A DNA stretch of 64,000 nucleotides, taken from the NCBI GenBank assembly GCA_963626055.1, contig CAVFVI010000002.1, positions 67,225 through 131,224 of the forward strand. Direction: 5' to 3'. Position numbers and translations under genes: made by a program. Of the stretch, positions 38,985 through 47,423 are shown in pieces (the first letter of the stretch is position 1; every line of letters begins with the position of its first letter). Source of the stretch: Acutalibacteraceae bacterium. GTDB taxonomy: Bacteria; Bacillota; Clostridia; Oscillospirales; Ruminococcaceae. The notes beneath the pieces were generated by a model, which was not told the origin of the DNA, searched no databases, and saw only the letters and a list, made by a program, of their open reading frames with translations.

Positions 38985-39103
38985 GTTGCCATCCTTCCAT
39001 ACCCTGCAGCACAGGTGTTGGCCGCAGGCAGTTTTTGTTCGTTTATTGCTTTACACAATTTTTCTATTTTATATGATAGCCCAAAACAGTGCAAAATGCA
39101 ACC

Positions 39104-39589
39104 TCAATTCACGCTGGGATGCTTTTGGGTTCGTATTTTGAAGTGAAACAGGAGGCCCAGGTTGGAGCCAATCTGCCAGCCGTCCAGCCCATGGATCGGC
39201 AGCAGGTTGAACGCCCCAAGCAGCAGGTTGGCTGCGATAAAATAACACAGGCGGTAACTGGCGGGATGGCCCAGCAGCCAGGCAGTGCCCCCTGCCGCCA
39301 GTACCAGATTGACCGCCGGCCCCGCGGCGGCAAGGGCGATAAGCTGCTTTGGCGGCAGCACCGCCCCGCGCGGGGAAAGGCAAAACCCGGTTGGACAGAT
39401 GACAAGCGTTGGGGGCAAACGGGTCAGCAGAATCCACACCAGCAGGTGGCCGCATTCATGCAGGCAGGAGCACAAAAGCCCCAGGCGGACAACGCCGGTG
39501 TGGTCCACAGCCAGCGTCAAAGCGAGGAGAAAGAACGTCCAGACCGGATGTGCGGTTCGGATGGTTAAAATGTGGTGTGGCTGCTTCAT
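39104..39589 (-). CDS. M50 family (site-2 protease / SpoIVFB-like) membrane metalloprotease, short form
   Basis: HExxH as HECGH in a TM helix, and FNLLPIHGLDG (NxxPxxxLDG). Only 161 aa. Confidence 0.65.
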   Translation of the reverse strand: MKQPHHILTIRTAHPVWTFFLLALTLAVDHTGVVRLGLLCSCLHECGHLLVWILLTRLPPTLVICPTGFCLSPRGAVLPPKQLIALAAAGPAVNLVLAAGGTAWLLGHPASYRLCYFIAANLLLGAFNLLPIHGLDGWQIGSNLGLLFHFKIRTQKHPSVN

Positions 39590-40413
39590 AGTTCCCCTTG
39601 TGTGCCCGCTCTGGCAAGGGCCCGGGTGGGGTCATACCGCACACCGGCGTGCAAAAGCTCAAAATGCAGATGCGGGCCGGTGGCGTTGCCGGTCTGCCCC
39701 ACGGTGCCCAGGCACTGCCCTGCCTGAACCTGCTGGCCGGGGCGGACAAACAGGTATTGCAGATGGGCATAGATCGTTTCGTCCCCGCCGGGGTGCAGCA
39801 GGCGGACATAGTTGCCATAGCTTGCATGGTTCCGGGCAATGCGCACCACCCCGCTTGCGGCAGCATAAACCGGCGTGCCCTGCGCAGCGGAAAGATCCGC
39901 CCCGGTGTGGAACTCCTGCGTTTTGCCCTGCACGGGGTCAATGCGGGTGCCGTAAGCGGAGGTTTCGATCGCGGGTTCACCCGGCAGAGGATATTGGAGC
40001 GCGAAACCCGGCAGATACGCTTCGGCGCTGGCCAGCGGCTGACCGTGGGCAGTGCCGGTGCGGGCGGCGGTTTCCGGGGTTTGGGCAGCAACCTGCTGCA
40101 ACACCCCGCGCAGCTCGGCAAAAGTTTCCTGCGTAAAGCGGACAACATTGCGAGTGCCGTCGGTGTTCCAGAAATCCGGGCCGGGCTGGGCCAGCGCATA
40201 GCGGTAGTCCGTCCGCAGCGTGGCATACAACGGCAGTTCCAGTGCGCGGGCAGCGAACGCCCCGGCGGCAATCAGCACGCACAGAATGATCTGCGCACAC
40301 AGCAGTGTATCATATCCGCCGGGCTCCGCCGCGGCAGGCGGTGCAGGTGGTGTATCAGTTTGCTTGGCGGCGTCCTCCCACATAGGCAGTCCCCTTTCTT
40401 TGCATTGCGGCAT
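39586..40413 (-). CDS. M23 (LytM) family metallopeptidase, membrane anchored
   Basis: HTGADL (HxxxD) and GPHLHFE (HxH) motifs. One TM segment. ATGA-type overlap with the M50 gene. Confidence 0.75.
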   Translation of the reverse strand: MPQCKERGLPMWEDAAKQTDTPPAPPAAAEPGGYDTLLCAQIILCVLIAAGAFAARALELPLYATLRTDYRYALAQPGPDFWNTDGTRNVVRFTQETFAELRGVLQQVAAQTPETAARTGTAHGQPLASAEAYLPGFALQYPLPGEPAIETSAYGTRIDPVQGKTQEFHTGADLSAAQGTPVYAAASGVVRIARNHASYGNYVRLLHPGGDETIYAHLQYLFVRPGQQVQAGQCLGTVGQTGNATGPHLHFELLHAGVRYDPTRALARAGTQGEL

Positions 40414-40583
40414 ATTATGGATATATGCAGCGGGGACGGGCGGATATGCAGGCGGAGGGACGCTATCACAAGATGAATTTGTTTGGCAATATGGGTGGCT
40501 TTATTAAAAAAGTGCCGCAGTTTTGCGGGTTGGCGGGCGCACAATGTGCGCCCCTATGATATAAAATGCAGTTCTGATATACA

Positions 40584-40616
40584 AAAGCGGGGCACTATAA
40601 TGCAGTGCCCCGCTTT
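40584..40616 (-). terminator. intrinsic terminator after the ppk1-downstream gene
   Basis: 13-bp perfect stem AAAGCGGGGCACT/AGTGCCCCGCTTT. U-tract on the minus strand (TTTTGTATAT). Confidence 0.7.
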
Positions 40617-40662
40617 ACCTGTTTTATCAATTCACCAAAGAGATAGTAAATCTGATTCTGGT

Positions 40663-41043
40663 TTAGTCCCCCAGTGCTTTGCGCAGGGTTTCCAGATACT
40701 CTTCCAGCTTTTTCTGCGGCTTGGTGAACAAGCCAAGGCCCTCCACATCCAGCGTGCATTCCAGGCTGGTGGAATCGGCGCTGCCCAGCAGGATAGCGGT
40801 AAATGCGCCGCGGATCTTGCCGCGGGTAAAGGTACAGCTGATGCGGCGGGGCTTATCCAGCTTGTCAAAGTGGATATCCGTGGTGGTGCCGTCCTTGTTT
40901 TTCTCAACAATGTGCATGCCTTCCAGGTCAACCTCCGCCGAGGCAACAGCCGGGTTCCAGCTGTTCAGGGTGGGGTTGGTCATGTACAGCCATACTTTGT
41001 TGGGAGCGCAGCCATAGGTTGCTGTTACAACACAGGTTTTCAT
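40663..41043 (-). CDS. hypothetical protein (possibly SRPBCC/START-like fold)
   Basis: 126-aa ORF with a good SD (AAGGAGAAC). No motif I can name with confidence. Confidence 0.4.
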   Translation of the reverse strand: MKTCVVTATYGCAPNKVWLYMTNPTLNSWNPAVASAEVDLEGMHIVEKNKDGTTTDIHFDKLDKPRRISCTFTRGKIRGAFTAILLGSADSTSLECTLDVEGLGLFTKPQKKLEEYLETLRKALGD

Positions 41044-41154
41044 ACGTTTATGTTCTCCTTAACCGTTTTACTTTTGGCGGTTCCCTATCATTCCGGGGCT
41101 GATGCGGCATTCCTGCCGTCAGGCGGGAATAATGTGGAGCTGCCTTTGCGGGGG

Positions 41155-43356
41155 TTACTTTTTGTGGCCAAGCAGGCTGCCAAGAAAACCGCGGAAGCGC
41201 TTGTTTTCCGGCTTGTGGGGATGGGGCGCGGGGTGCTTGGGCTTTTGAACCGGTTTGGCGGCGGCTTTTCTGGCGGGCGCAGCGGGGTGTGCGGTTTCAA
41301 AACCGTGCTGGAAGTATCCGTACATTGCCATCTGGCTGTCCACCGGCGGTTCGCCCTGCTTGGGTTTTACGCGGGTATAGGTGCCATCAGGCTGCATCTC
41401 CCGCGCGTTGACGGTATCCCGCAGCTGCAGGTCGAGGATGCCGCGCAGCTTTTTGGCGATCTCGCGGTCATCCACCCGCACACCGACTTCGACACGGCGC
41501 TCGGTATTGCGGGTCAGGAAGTCGCCGGAGGCGATATAGATGGTCATATCCTCGCCTTCGCCGAAGCAGTAAATGCGGGAATGTTCCAGATAGCGGCCAA
41601 CGATGCTGCGGATGTGGACATTCTCGGTTTTGCCGGGCACCCCTGCTTTGATGCAGCAGATGCCGCGCACGATCATATCCACCCGCACACCGGCACAGCT
41701 GGCCTCGCTGATCTTGTTGATGATCTGCGGGTCGTTGATGGAGTTGTTTTTCAGGATCATGGACGCCGGAAGCCCGCGGCGCGCGCGGTCGATCTGGCGG
41801 TCCATCTGTTCCAACAGAACGCTCTTGAATCGCAGCGGAGCCACCAGCATGGTATCGGCCTCACTGGTCAGGCGCTGCAGGGCCATGTTGTTGAACACTG
41901 CGCTGGCTTCCTCGCCGATTTCCTGCCGGGTGGTAATGAAAGAAAGATCGGTATACAGCTCGCTGGTTTTTTCGTTATAGTTGCCGGTGCCGATCTGGGT
42001 CAGGTAATGGTATTTGCCGTTCACCTTGCTGGTGATCAGGGTCAGCTTGGAATGGACTTTGTAATCATCAAAGCCATAGAACACCGTGCAGCCGGCTTCT
42101 TCCAGCTGTTTGGACCAGTCGATATTGTTCTGCTCGTCAAAGCGGGCGCGCAGCTCCACCATGGCGGTAACTTCCTTGCCGTTTTCCGCTGCATTGATCA
42201 GCGCCTGCACGATCTGGGAATCGCTCGCCATGCGGTACAGGGTCATTTTGATGCTGACAACATCCGGGTCAGAACCGGCTTTCATCAGCATGCGGATAAA
42301 CGGGCGGATGCTCTGGTACGGGTAAGAGAGCAGAACATCATGCTTGTGGGCTTCGGCATACAGGTCATAATCCGCCGGGGCCTGAATCGGGCGGGCAGGC
42401 GGATAGGAAAAAGCGGGGTTGCTGTCTGCCGAAACGCGGCTGGCCAGGCGGAACAAAAGGCCAGGGTCCAGCGGCGAAGTCTGGGTATAGCAGCGGTCCG
42501 CCGGAACCACCAGCTTGTCCCGCAGGAACTTGACGATCTCCTGCGGGGCGCTGGGCCAGAATTGCAGGCGCACAGCGGCCAGCTTGCGGCGCTTTTTCAG
42601 CAGCTCGCTCATCACATCGCGGAAGTCGATATCATGGTCCATCATGCCCTCGTCCACCGTGATATCTGCATTGCGGGTCACACGGAACAGGCAGGCGTTC
42701 TGCAAGGTGCTTTTATTAAAGATACTGGCGGCGTAATGGGCGATCAGCTCGTCCGCAAAGGCAAAGCTTGTGGTGCCGTCCGGGTTTTTGATAAACAGCA
42801 GCTGCTCAAACTGGCCGCTGAGGGGGATGATACCGTAATATACGCCGTCATTCTTGCTGTTGAGCTGGGCGGCATAATAAATCTCTTTATTGCGCAGGAA
42901 CGGGAACGGGTGGCGCTGGTCCACCACCTGCGGGCTTAGGATGGGCAGAATTTCAGAGGTGAAATATGCTTTCCAGTAATGCTCCTGCTGCTTGTCCAGG
43001 TGGTCGAAATCGACCTTGATATACTTGTTCTCTTTCAGGGCGGAAAGCAGGTGCTGATAGTATTTATCGCACTTTGCCTGCAGTTCCGCCACGCGCGGGG
43101 TGATGGCAGCGATTTGTTCCGATGCCGTCATATGGGTGACGATATCCAGTTTATTGTTTTTCAGCAGCGTCTGGTCATACAGCGAGCCAACACGCACCAT
43201 AAAAAACTCGTCCATATTGCTGCCAAAAATGGCGGCAAACTTGATGCGCTCTGCCAGGGGAACGCTTTTTTCTTTGGCAAGGGCCAGCACACGGCTGTCA
43301 AAGTCCAGCCAGCTGAGTTCCCGGTTGATAAAAATGCTCTCCGACGGGTTTTCCAA
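41155..43356 (-). CDS. ppk1: polyphosphate kinase 1
   Basis: INRELSWLDFDSRVL N-terminus, FMVRV, and two PLD-like HKD-type regions (VHSKL, LEHSRI). Confidence 0.9.
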   Translation of the reverse strand: MENPSESIFINRELSWLDFDSRVLALAKEKSVPLAERIKFAAIFGSNMDEFFMVRVGSLYDQTLLKNNKLDIVTHMTASEQIAAITPRVAELQAKCDKYYQHLLSALKENKYIKVDFDHLDKQQEHYWKAYFTSEILPILSPQVVDQRHPFPFLRNKEIYYAAQLNSKNDGVYYGIIPLSGQFEQLLFIKNPDGTTSFAFADELIAHYAASIFNKSTLQNACLFRVTRNADITVDEGMMDHDIDFRDVMSELLKKRRKLAAVRLQFWPSAPQEIVKFLRDKLVVPADRCYTQTSPLDPGLLFRLASRVSADSNPAFSYPPARPIQAPADYDLYAEAHKHDVLLSYPYQSIRPFIRMLMKAGSDPDVVSIKMTLYRMASDSQIVQALINAAENGKEVTAMVELRARFDEQNNIDWSKQLEEAGCTVFYGFDDYKVHSKLTLITSKVNGKYHYLTQIGTGNYNEKTSELYTDLSFITTRQEIGEEASAVFNNMALQRLTSEADTMLVAPLRFKSVLLEQMDRQIDRARRGLPASMILKNNSINDPQIINKISEASCAGVRVDMIVRGICCIKAGVPGKTENVHIRSIVGRYLEHSRIYCFGEGEDMTIYIASGDFLTRNTERRVEVGVRVDDREIAKKLRGILDLQLRDTVNAREMQPDGTYTRVKPKQGEPPVDSQMAMYGYFQHGFETAHPAAPARKAAAKPVQKPKHPAPHPHKPENKRFRGFLGSLLGHKK

Positions 43357-43444
43357 AACAGGTTCCTCCTTACGGATGTTCAGGGATGTTGAGCGAGGCT
43401 AAAATCAGTTTTTATTTTCCAGCTCCGCCATCGGGCAGCGGGGG

Positions 43445-43822
43445 TCAGCCGCCAACGGTGATATCACTTCCCCACTGCTGCACCATGCGCTGGGATATCC
43501 CTTTTACACGGGTCAGGTCTTCCGGCGCTGCATAGGGGCCGTTTGCCGCGCGGTCCACCAGAATGGCTTCCGCTTTTGCCTGCCCAATGCCGGGCAGCCG
43601 CATCAGCTCTTTGGCCGAAGCGGTGTTGATGTTGACCAGCCCCTGTTCTTCCTGTGTGGGTTCCAGCGCAGGTTCAGCCTGCGCTGGCAGAACAGGCGGC
43701 TGATAGGCAGCCGGAGCATAACCAAACTGCCAGACAGGGGCGATCCAGAATAACGCACCAAATACGATCAGTGCAAGGGCGGCGGCACCGGCCAGCAGGG
43801 TTTGCTTTGCGTTCATCTGCAT
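43445..43822 (-). CDS. comEA: ComEA family helix-hairpin-helix DNA-binding protein
   Basis: TM anchor plus VNINTASAKELMRLPGIGQAKAEAIV..R...G. Confidence 0.7.
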   Translation of the reverse strand: MQMNAKQTLLAGAAALALIVFGALFWIAPVWQFGYAPAAYQPPVLPAQAEPALEPTQEEQGLVNINTASAKELMRLPGIGQAKAEAILVDRAANGPYAAPEDLTRVKGISQRMVQQWGSDITVGG

Positions 43823-43875
43823 GGCGGGCTCCCCTTTCCCTGGGTGGAAGTATCTGGAAGTTACTCTTTCAAAAT

Positions 43876-43884
43876 ATTATAGCA
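43876..43884 (-). promoter_or_regulatory. extended -10 promoter element upstream of comEA
   Basis: Minus strand reads TGCTATAAT (TGnTATAAT). A weak -35, TGAACA, lies upstream. Confidence 0.4.
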
Positions 43885-43931
43885 CAGTCTTACAGAATGT
43901 TCACCCCTGTCAAGAAGATTTTTCAGCGATT

Positions 43932-44198
43932 TTACATCCAGCCTTTTCTGGTGTGGTTTGCGTGCGGGGGCTGCACTTCGGCATCCACCATGATGACATC
44001 CGTCCCGATGGTTTTGACGGCAGCCCAGGGGATGAACAAATCATCGTCCCGCCCCAGCAGGCCGAACATGCGGGCACGGCCGCGCAGAATCACCTGGGTG
44101 ATCTGGCCATCCTCAAAGGCAAGGTCATCAATGCGGCCAAGGTTCTCCCCTGTTTTCAGCTGGATCACATCTTTCTCGCTCAAGTCACGCAGTGTCAT
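43932..44198 (-). CDS. ylmC: YlmC/YmxH family sporulation protein (PRC barrel)
   Basis: LSEKDVIQLKTGENLGRIDDLAFE...I..VIL motif. Trimmed to the ATG at 44198. Confidence 0.65.
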   Translation of the reverse strand: MTLRDLSEKDVIQLKTGENLGRIDDLAFEDGQITQVILRGRARMFGLLGRDDDLFIPWAAVKTIGTDVIMVDAEVQPPHANHTRKGWM

Positions 44199-44347
44199 GC
44201 CACCACCCCTTTGCCAATTTTGCACCTATTGCAGGTTATGCTGTAAATAATTTATTTGTGCTTTGGGGCAATTATGTGTATAATAAGGGATAATACAAAC
44301 AGCAACACAGTTGCAATGCAAGCCAAAACCGGAGGGATAAACCGTTT

Positions 44348-45010
44348 ATGTATAAAAACATCATTTTTGATCTGGGCGGCGTTGTGGTGGATTTTAAGCC
44401 GCGGGATTTTTTGATGGACCATTTTTTGAACAAGCGCGCCGAGGATGAAGTGTTCGATTTGACCTTTGGCAGCAAAGAATGGGAAGAGCTGGACCGCGGG
44501 GTCATCAGCCGCGGCACCGCCAACCGCCTGATGCTGGAAAATGCCGCCGAGCGCGGCCGCACCTTTGAGGTGCAGGCCGTCATTGATGAATGGCAGAGCA
44601 TCCTGCGCACCAACAAGCGCACGGTAAAAACGATGTGCAAGCTGAAGCTGGCGGGCTACCGGCTGTATTATCTTTCCAACATTCCGCAGGACGTGATCGA
44701 CGAGATCCGCCAGCGGGACTTTTTCCCGTTGTTCGACGGCGGCATTGCCTCGTGCGAAGTACACCTGAGCAAGCCCGACCCCAAGATTTTTGGCCTGATG
44801 ATGCAAAAATACGGCCTTGCCTATGACGAAACCATTTTTGTGGATGACACCAAGGTGAATGCACAGGCGGCCTATAACCTGGGGATCACGGGTATTTTGT
44901 ATAAGGGGCCCAAGTCTTTCCAGCGCGCGCTGGGGCTGTGCGGGGTCAAGATGGAGGCCGACAACAAGCGGCAGGCAGTACCGGAAGCAACAACGGAAAA
45001 TCAGGGCTGA
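44348..45010 (+). CDS. HAD family hydrolase
   Basis: The N-terminal IIFDLGGVVV motif is the DxG nucleophile motif, and a later VDD is present. Confidence 0.75.
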   Translation: MYKNIIFDLGGVVVDFKPRDFLMDHFLNKRAEDEVFDLTFGSKEWEELDRGVISRGTANRLMLENAAERGRTFEVQAVIDEWQSILRTNKRTVKTMCKLKLAGYRLYYLSNIPQDVIDEIRQRDFFPLFDGGIASCEVHLSKPDPKIFGLMMQKYGLAYDETIFVDDTKVNAQAAYNLGITGILYKGPKSFQRALGLCGVKMEADNKRQAVPEATTENQG

Positions 45011-45031
45011 CAAAACCATAATAGACAGCGC

Positions 45032-45067
45032 AAAAGGCCGAACGGCAGGAAAGCCGTTCGGCCTTTT
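45032..45067. terminator. bidirectional terminator between the HAD and DUF2000 genes
   Basis: Perfect 11-bp stem GGCCGAACGGC/GCCGTTCGGCC flanked by AAAA and TTTT. Confidence 0.8.
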
Positions 45068-45101
45068 GCTATTGGTGTTAGGATGGGAACTGGTGAAATT
45101 G

Positions 45102-45524
45102 TTACCGCAGCAGCGGCAGGCTGCCGGTCAACTTATTGACCTGTTTTTTGCCCCCGCAGATGGCAATGCCAAAGTATTCAAGAGCATTTTCTTGCGTGCA
45201 GGCCATTTTGGCGATAAATTCGGCATAGGTTTTGCAGCTTTGGGCAAGGTCCGAAAAATCCACAACGGTCAGGCCCTGATACTCCGGCCCGGAAAGTTTT
45301 TGGCGGATCTCCCTGAGGGCTTCCGGGGATGCTTTCAGGATAGGCACTGGGAATTCGATGATGCCCGGGTGCGGGGTGCCGCTTAAATCGCACACATCGG
45401 GGCCGACAATGCTGGGCAGCTGCCTACCCAGGGTGATGCCCATAATAGCGGCGGTGTTTGCAACCAGCCCCAGGGGCAGGGTTTCATCCAGAATCATGAC
45501 GCATTTTTCATTTTGTACTTCCAT
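45102..45524 (-). CDS. DUF2000 domain protein
   Basis: 140 aa. KCVMILDETLPLGLVANTAAIMGITLG motif. Confidence 0.55.
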   Translation of the reverse strand: MEVQNEKCVMILDETLPLGLVANTAAIMGITLGRQLPSIVGPDVCDLSGTPHPGIIEFPVPILKASPEALREIRQKLSGPEYQGLTVVDFSDLAQSCKTYAEFIAKMACTQENALEYFGIAICGGKKQVNKLTGSLPLLR

Positions 45525-46422
45525 GATAAACCTCTTTCTTGGGCGAAGGCTTGCTTTCTGACAGGAACAGCCCGGCCAGCGTCAGCAGCGTACCGGCCAC
45601 GGCCAGCGGCGTGATGGGCTCCCGCAGAATGAGCATAGATGTAATAACGGTAATGACGGGCACTATGTAAATATAAACGCTGGTTTTTACGGCACCCAGA
45701 ACCTTGACCGCAGCGTTCCACGAAACAAAACACAGCGCCGAAGCCCCAAGCCCGAGGAAAAGCAGGTTGAGCAGGTAAACGGGGTTGGCAAAGCGAGCGG
45801 GTTTCAGATGGAAGCCCGACAAGAGCAGCACCGGAGCCATGAACAGCAGCCCATAGAAAAACACCCGCCAGGTGGTAAGGACCGTGCCAAACCCGTAACG
45901 GCTGATAACTTTGCTCAAGATGGAATAGCACGCCCAGACAAAAGCGGCCAAAAGGGCGAGCAAATCCCCCGCTGGGTTCAGTGCCAGCCTGGCGCCGTTA
46001 AAGCTGATGAGAGAAATCCCGGCCATTGCCACGAGGAAACCGATGAGAAACCGCGGCCGCAGGCAGCTTTCTTCTTTTAAGAAAAGATGCCCCAGAACAG
46101 CCGTGAAAAACGGGGCAACCGAGATGATGACCCCGACATTGGAAGCCAAGGTATAGGTCAGCGCAATATTTTCCAGCAGATAATACAGGCAGACACCGCA
46201 AAAGCCTGCCGCGGCAAAGGTGAATTCCTGCCGAAGGGTGGTCCCTGCCAGACGGCGGGGACAGATGACCAGCAGCGCCAGAAAGCCCAGCACAAAGCGG
46301 AAGAACAAAATTTCCACCGGCTGGAACGCCGCCAGTAAAATTTTTGTAGAAATAAACGTTGTGCCCCAGATCAGGATGGTAAGCAGCGCGCACAGATGCC
46401 CGGTGCGGTAATGGATGTTCAT
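45508..46422 (-). CDS. DMT superfamily (EamA) transporter
   Basis: 10-TM protein with two EamA repeats. ATG at 46422 overlaps the AraC stop as ATGA. Confidence 0.75.
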   Translation of the reverse strand: MNIHYRTGHLCALLTILIWGTTFISTKILLAAFQPVEILFFRFVLGFLALLVICPRRLAGTTLRQEFTFAAAGFCGVCLYYLLENIALTYTLASNVGVIISVAPFFTAVLGHLFLKEESCLRPRFLIGFLVAMAGISLISFNGARLALNPAGDLLALLAAFVWACYSILSKVISRYGFGTVLTTWRVFFYGLLFMAPVLLLSGFHLKPARFANPVYLLNLLFLGLGASALCFVSWNAAVKVLGAVKTSVYIYIVPVITVITSMLILREPITPLAVAGTLLTLAGLFLSESKPSPKKEVYHGSTK

Positions 46423-47264
46423 TGGTTCTCCCCCGCGGTTTCGGTGTTTTGTTTTGGCAAAAATATTTCCCGGTAAGCGCCGGGGGCCAGCCCGATAAAG
46501 CGGCTGAAATAATTGGTGAAATGGCTTTGGTCCGAAAAGCCGGTTTGCAGGGCGGCTTCCACCGGCGGCAGGCCCTGCTCCAGCAGCTTTTTGGCCTGCC
46601 CGATGCGGATATTGATGAGGTAGCTGTAAGGGGTTACGCCTTTGGAACGGGTAAAGGCCCGCAAAAGCGTTGATTTGCTCAACCCCACACAGCGGCAGAT
46701 TTGTTCCAGCGTCAGGTGCTCCGCAAAGTGCTGCTGGATAAACCGGCAGGCTTTTTCCACTTCGTCCCGGCATTCGGGGGTACAGTCGGCAAACGGCTGG
46801 CCGTACCGCTGAATCAAAAGCGAAACCAGCAGCAACAGGTTTTCTTCCCTGCCAAAATCGCCGGTGTTCTTTAATATCATTTCATGCAGCGAGCGCAGGT
46901 AACAGGCTGCCTCGGCATCGGACAGAACATTGAGCGAAAACGCTGGCAGTGTGCGCTTGCCGGTGATTTCTTCGGCCAGGTCCAGCATAACTTCTTTGGA
47001 GATATTCAACGCGCGGTAATCCATCAAGCCGTTTCCGCTCTGCACGCAGGCGTGGTTATCGCCGGGGTTGAACAGGATGATGCTGCCTGCCTGGATGGTG
47101 TATTCCCTGTTTTTGCAGGTCAGGCTGCGGGTTCCGCCCTCCACAAAGCCAATGACATAATAATCATGGAAATGGTTGGGGAACGGCTGCGCGATGCCCT
47201 CAAAGTGATAAGCTTCCAGGTGCAGCAGGTCATCATGCACCACGGTGCGGGTTTCTTTTTTCAT
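46419..47264 (-). CDS. AraC family transcriptional regulator (cupin sensor domain plus HTH)
   Basis: N-terminal cupin-like HFHDYYVIGFVEGG. C-terminal HTH GFSDQSHFTNYFSRFIGLAPGAYR. Confidence 0.8.
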   Translation of the reverse strand: MKKETRTVVHDDLLHLEAYHFEGIAQPFPNHFHDYYVIGFVEGGTRSLTCKNREYTIQAGSIILFNPGDNHACVQSGNGLMDYRALNISKEVMLDLAEEITGKRTLPAFSLNVLSDAEAACYLRSLHEMILKNTGDFGREENLLLLVSLLIQRYGQPFADCTPECRDEVEKACRFIQQHFAEHLTLEQICRCVGLSKSTLLRAFTRSKGVTPYSYLINIRIGQAKKLLEQGLPPVEAALQTGFSDQSHFTNYFSRFIGLAPGAYREIFLPKQNTETAGENQ

Positions 47265-47367
47265 GGCGTTATCTCCTCACGGATGTTATTGTACCACCGG
47301 GAAATACGGAAGGCTTGTAAAATATCTTCAATTTTTCCGCTTTGGGGGCAGCCAGGTGGTACAGTAA

Positions 47368-47404
47368 AGAAAAAGGCAGAACGGAAGCAAAAATCCGTTC
47401 TGCC
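47368..47404 (-). terminator. intrinsic terminator after the DUF1846 gene
   Basis: GGCAGAACGG/CCGTTCTGCC 10-bp stem flanked by A and T tracts. Confidence 0.75.
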
Positions 47405-47423
47405 TTTTGAATCGTGATCGGGG

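Noticed and set aside
40483-42939. 818-aa plus-strand ORF.
   Set aside because: It is antisense to ppk1, which has clear PPK1 motifs on the minus strand. Shadow ORF.
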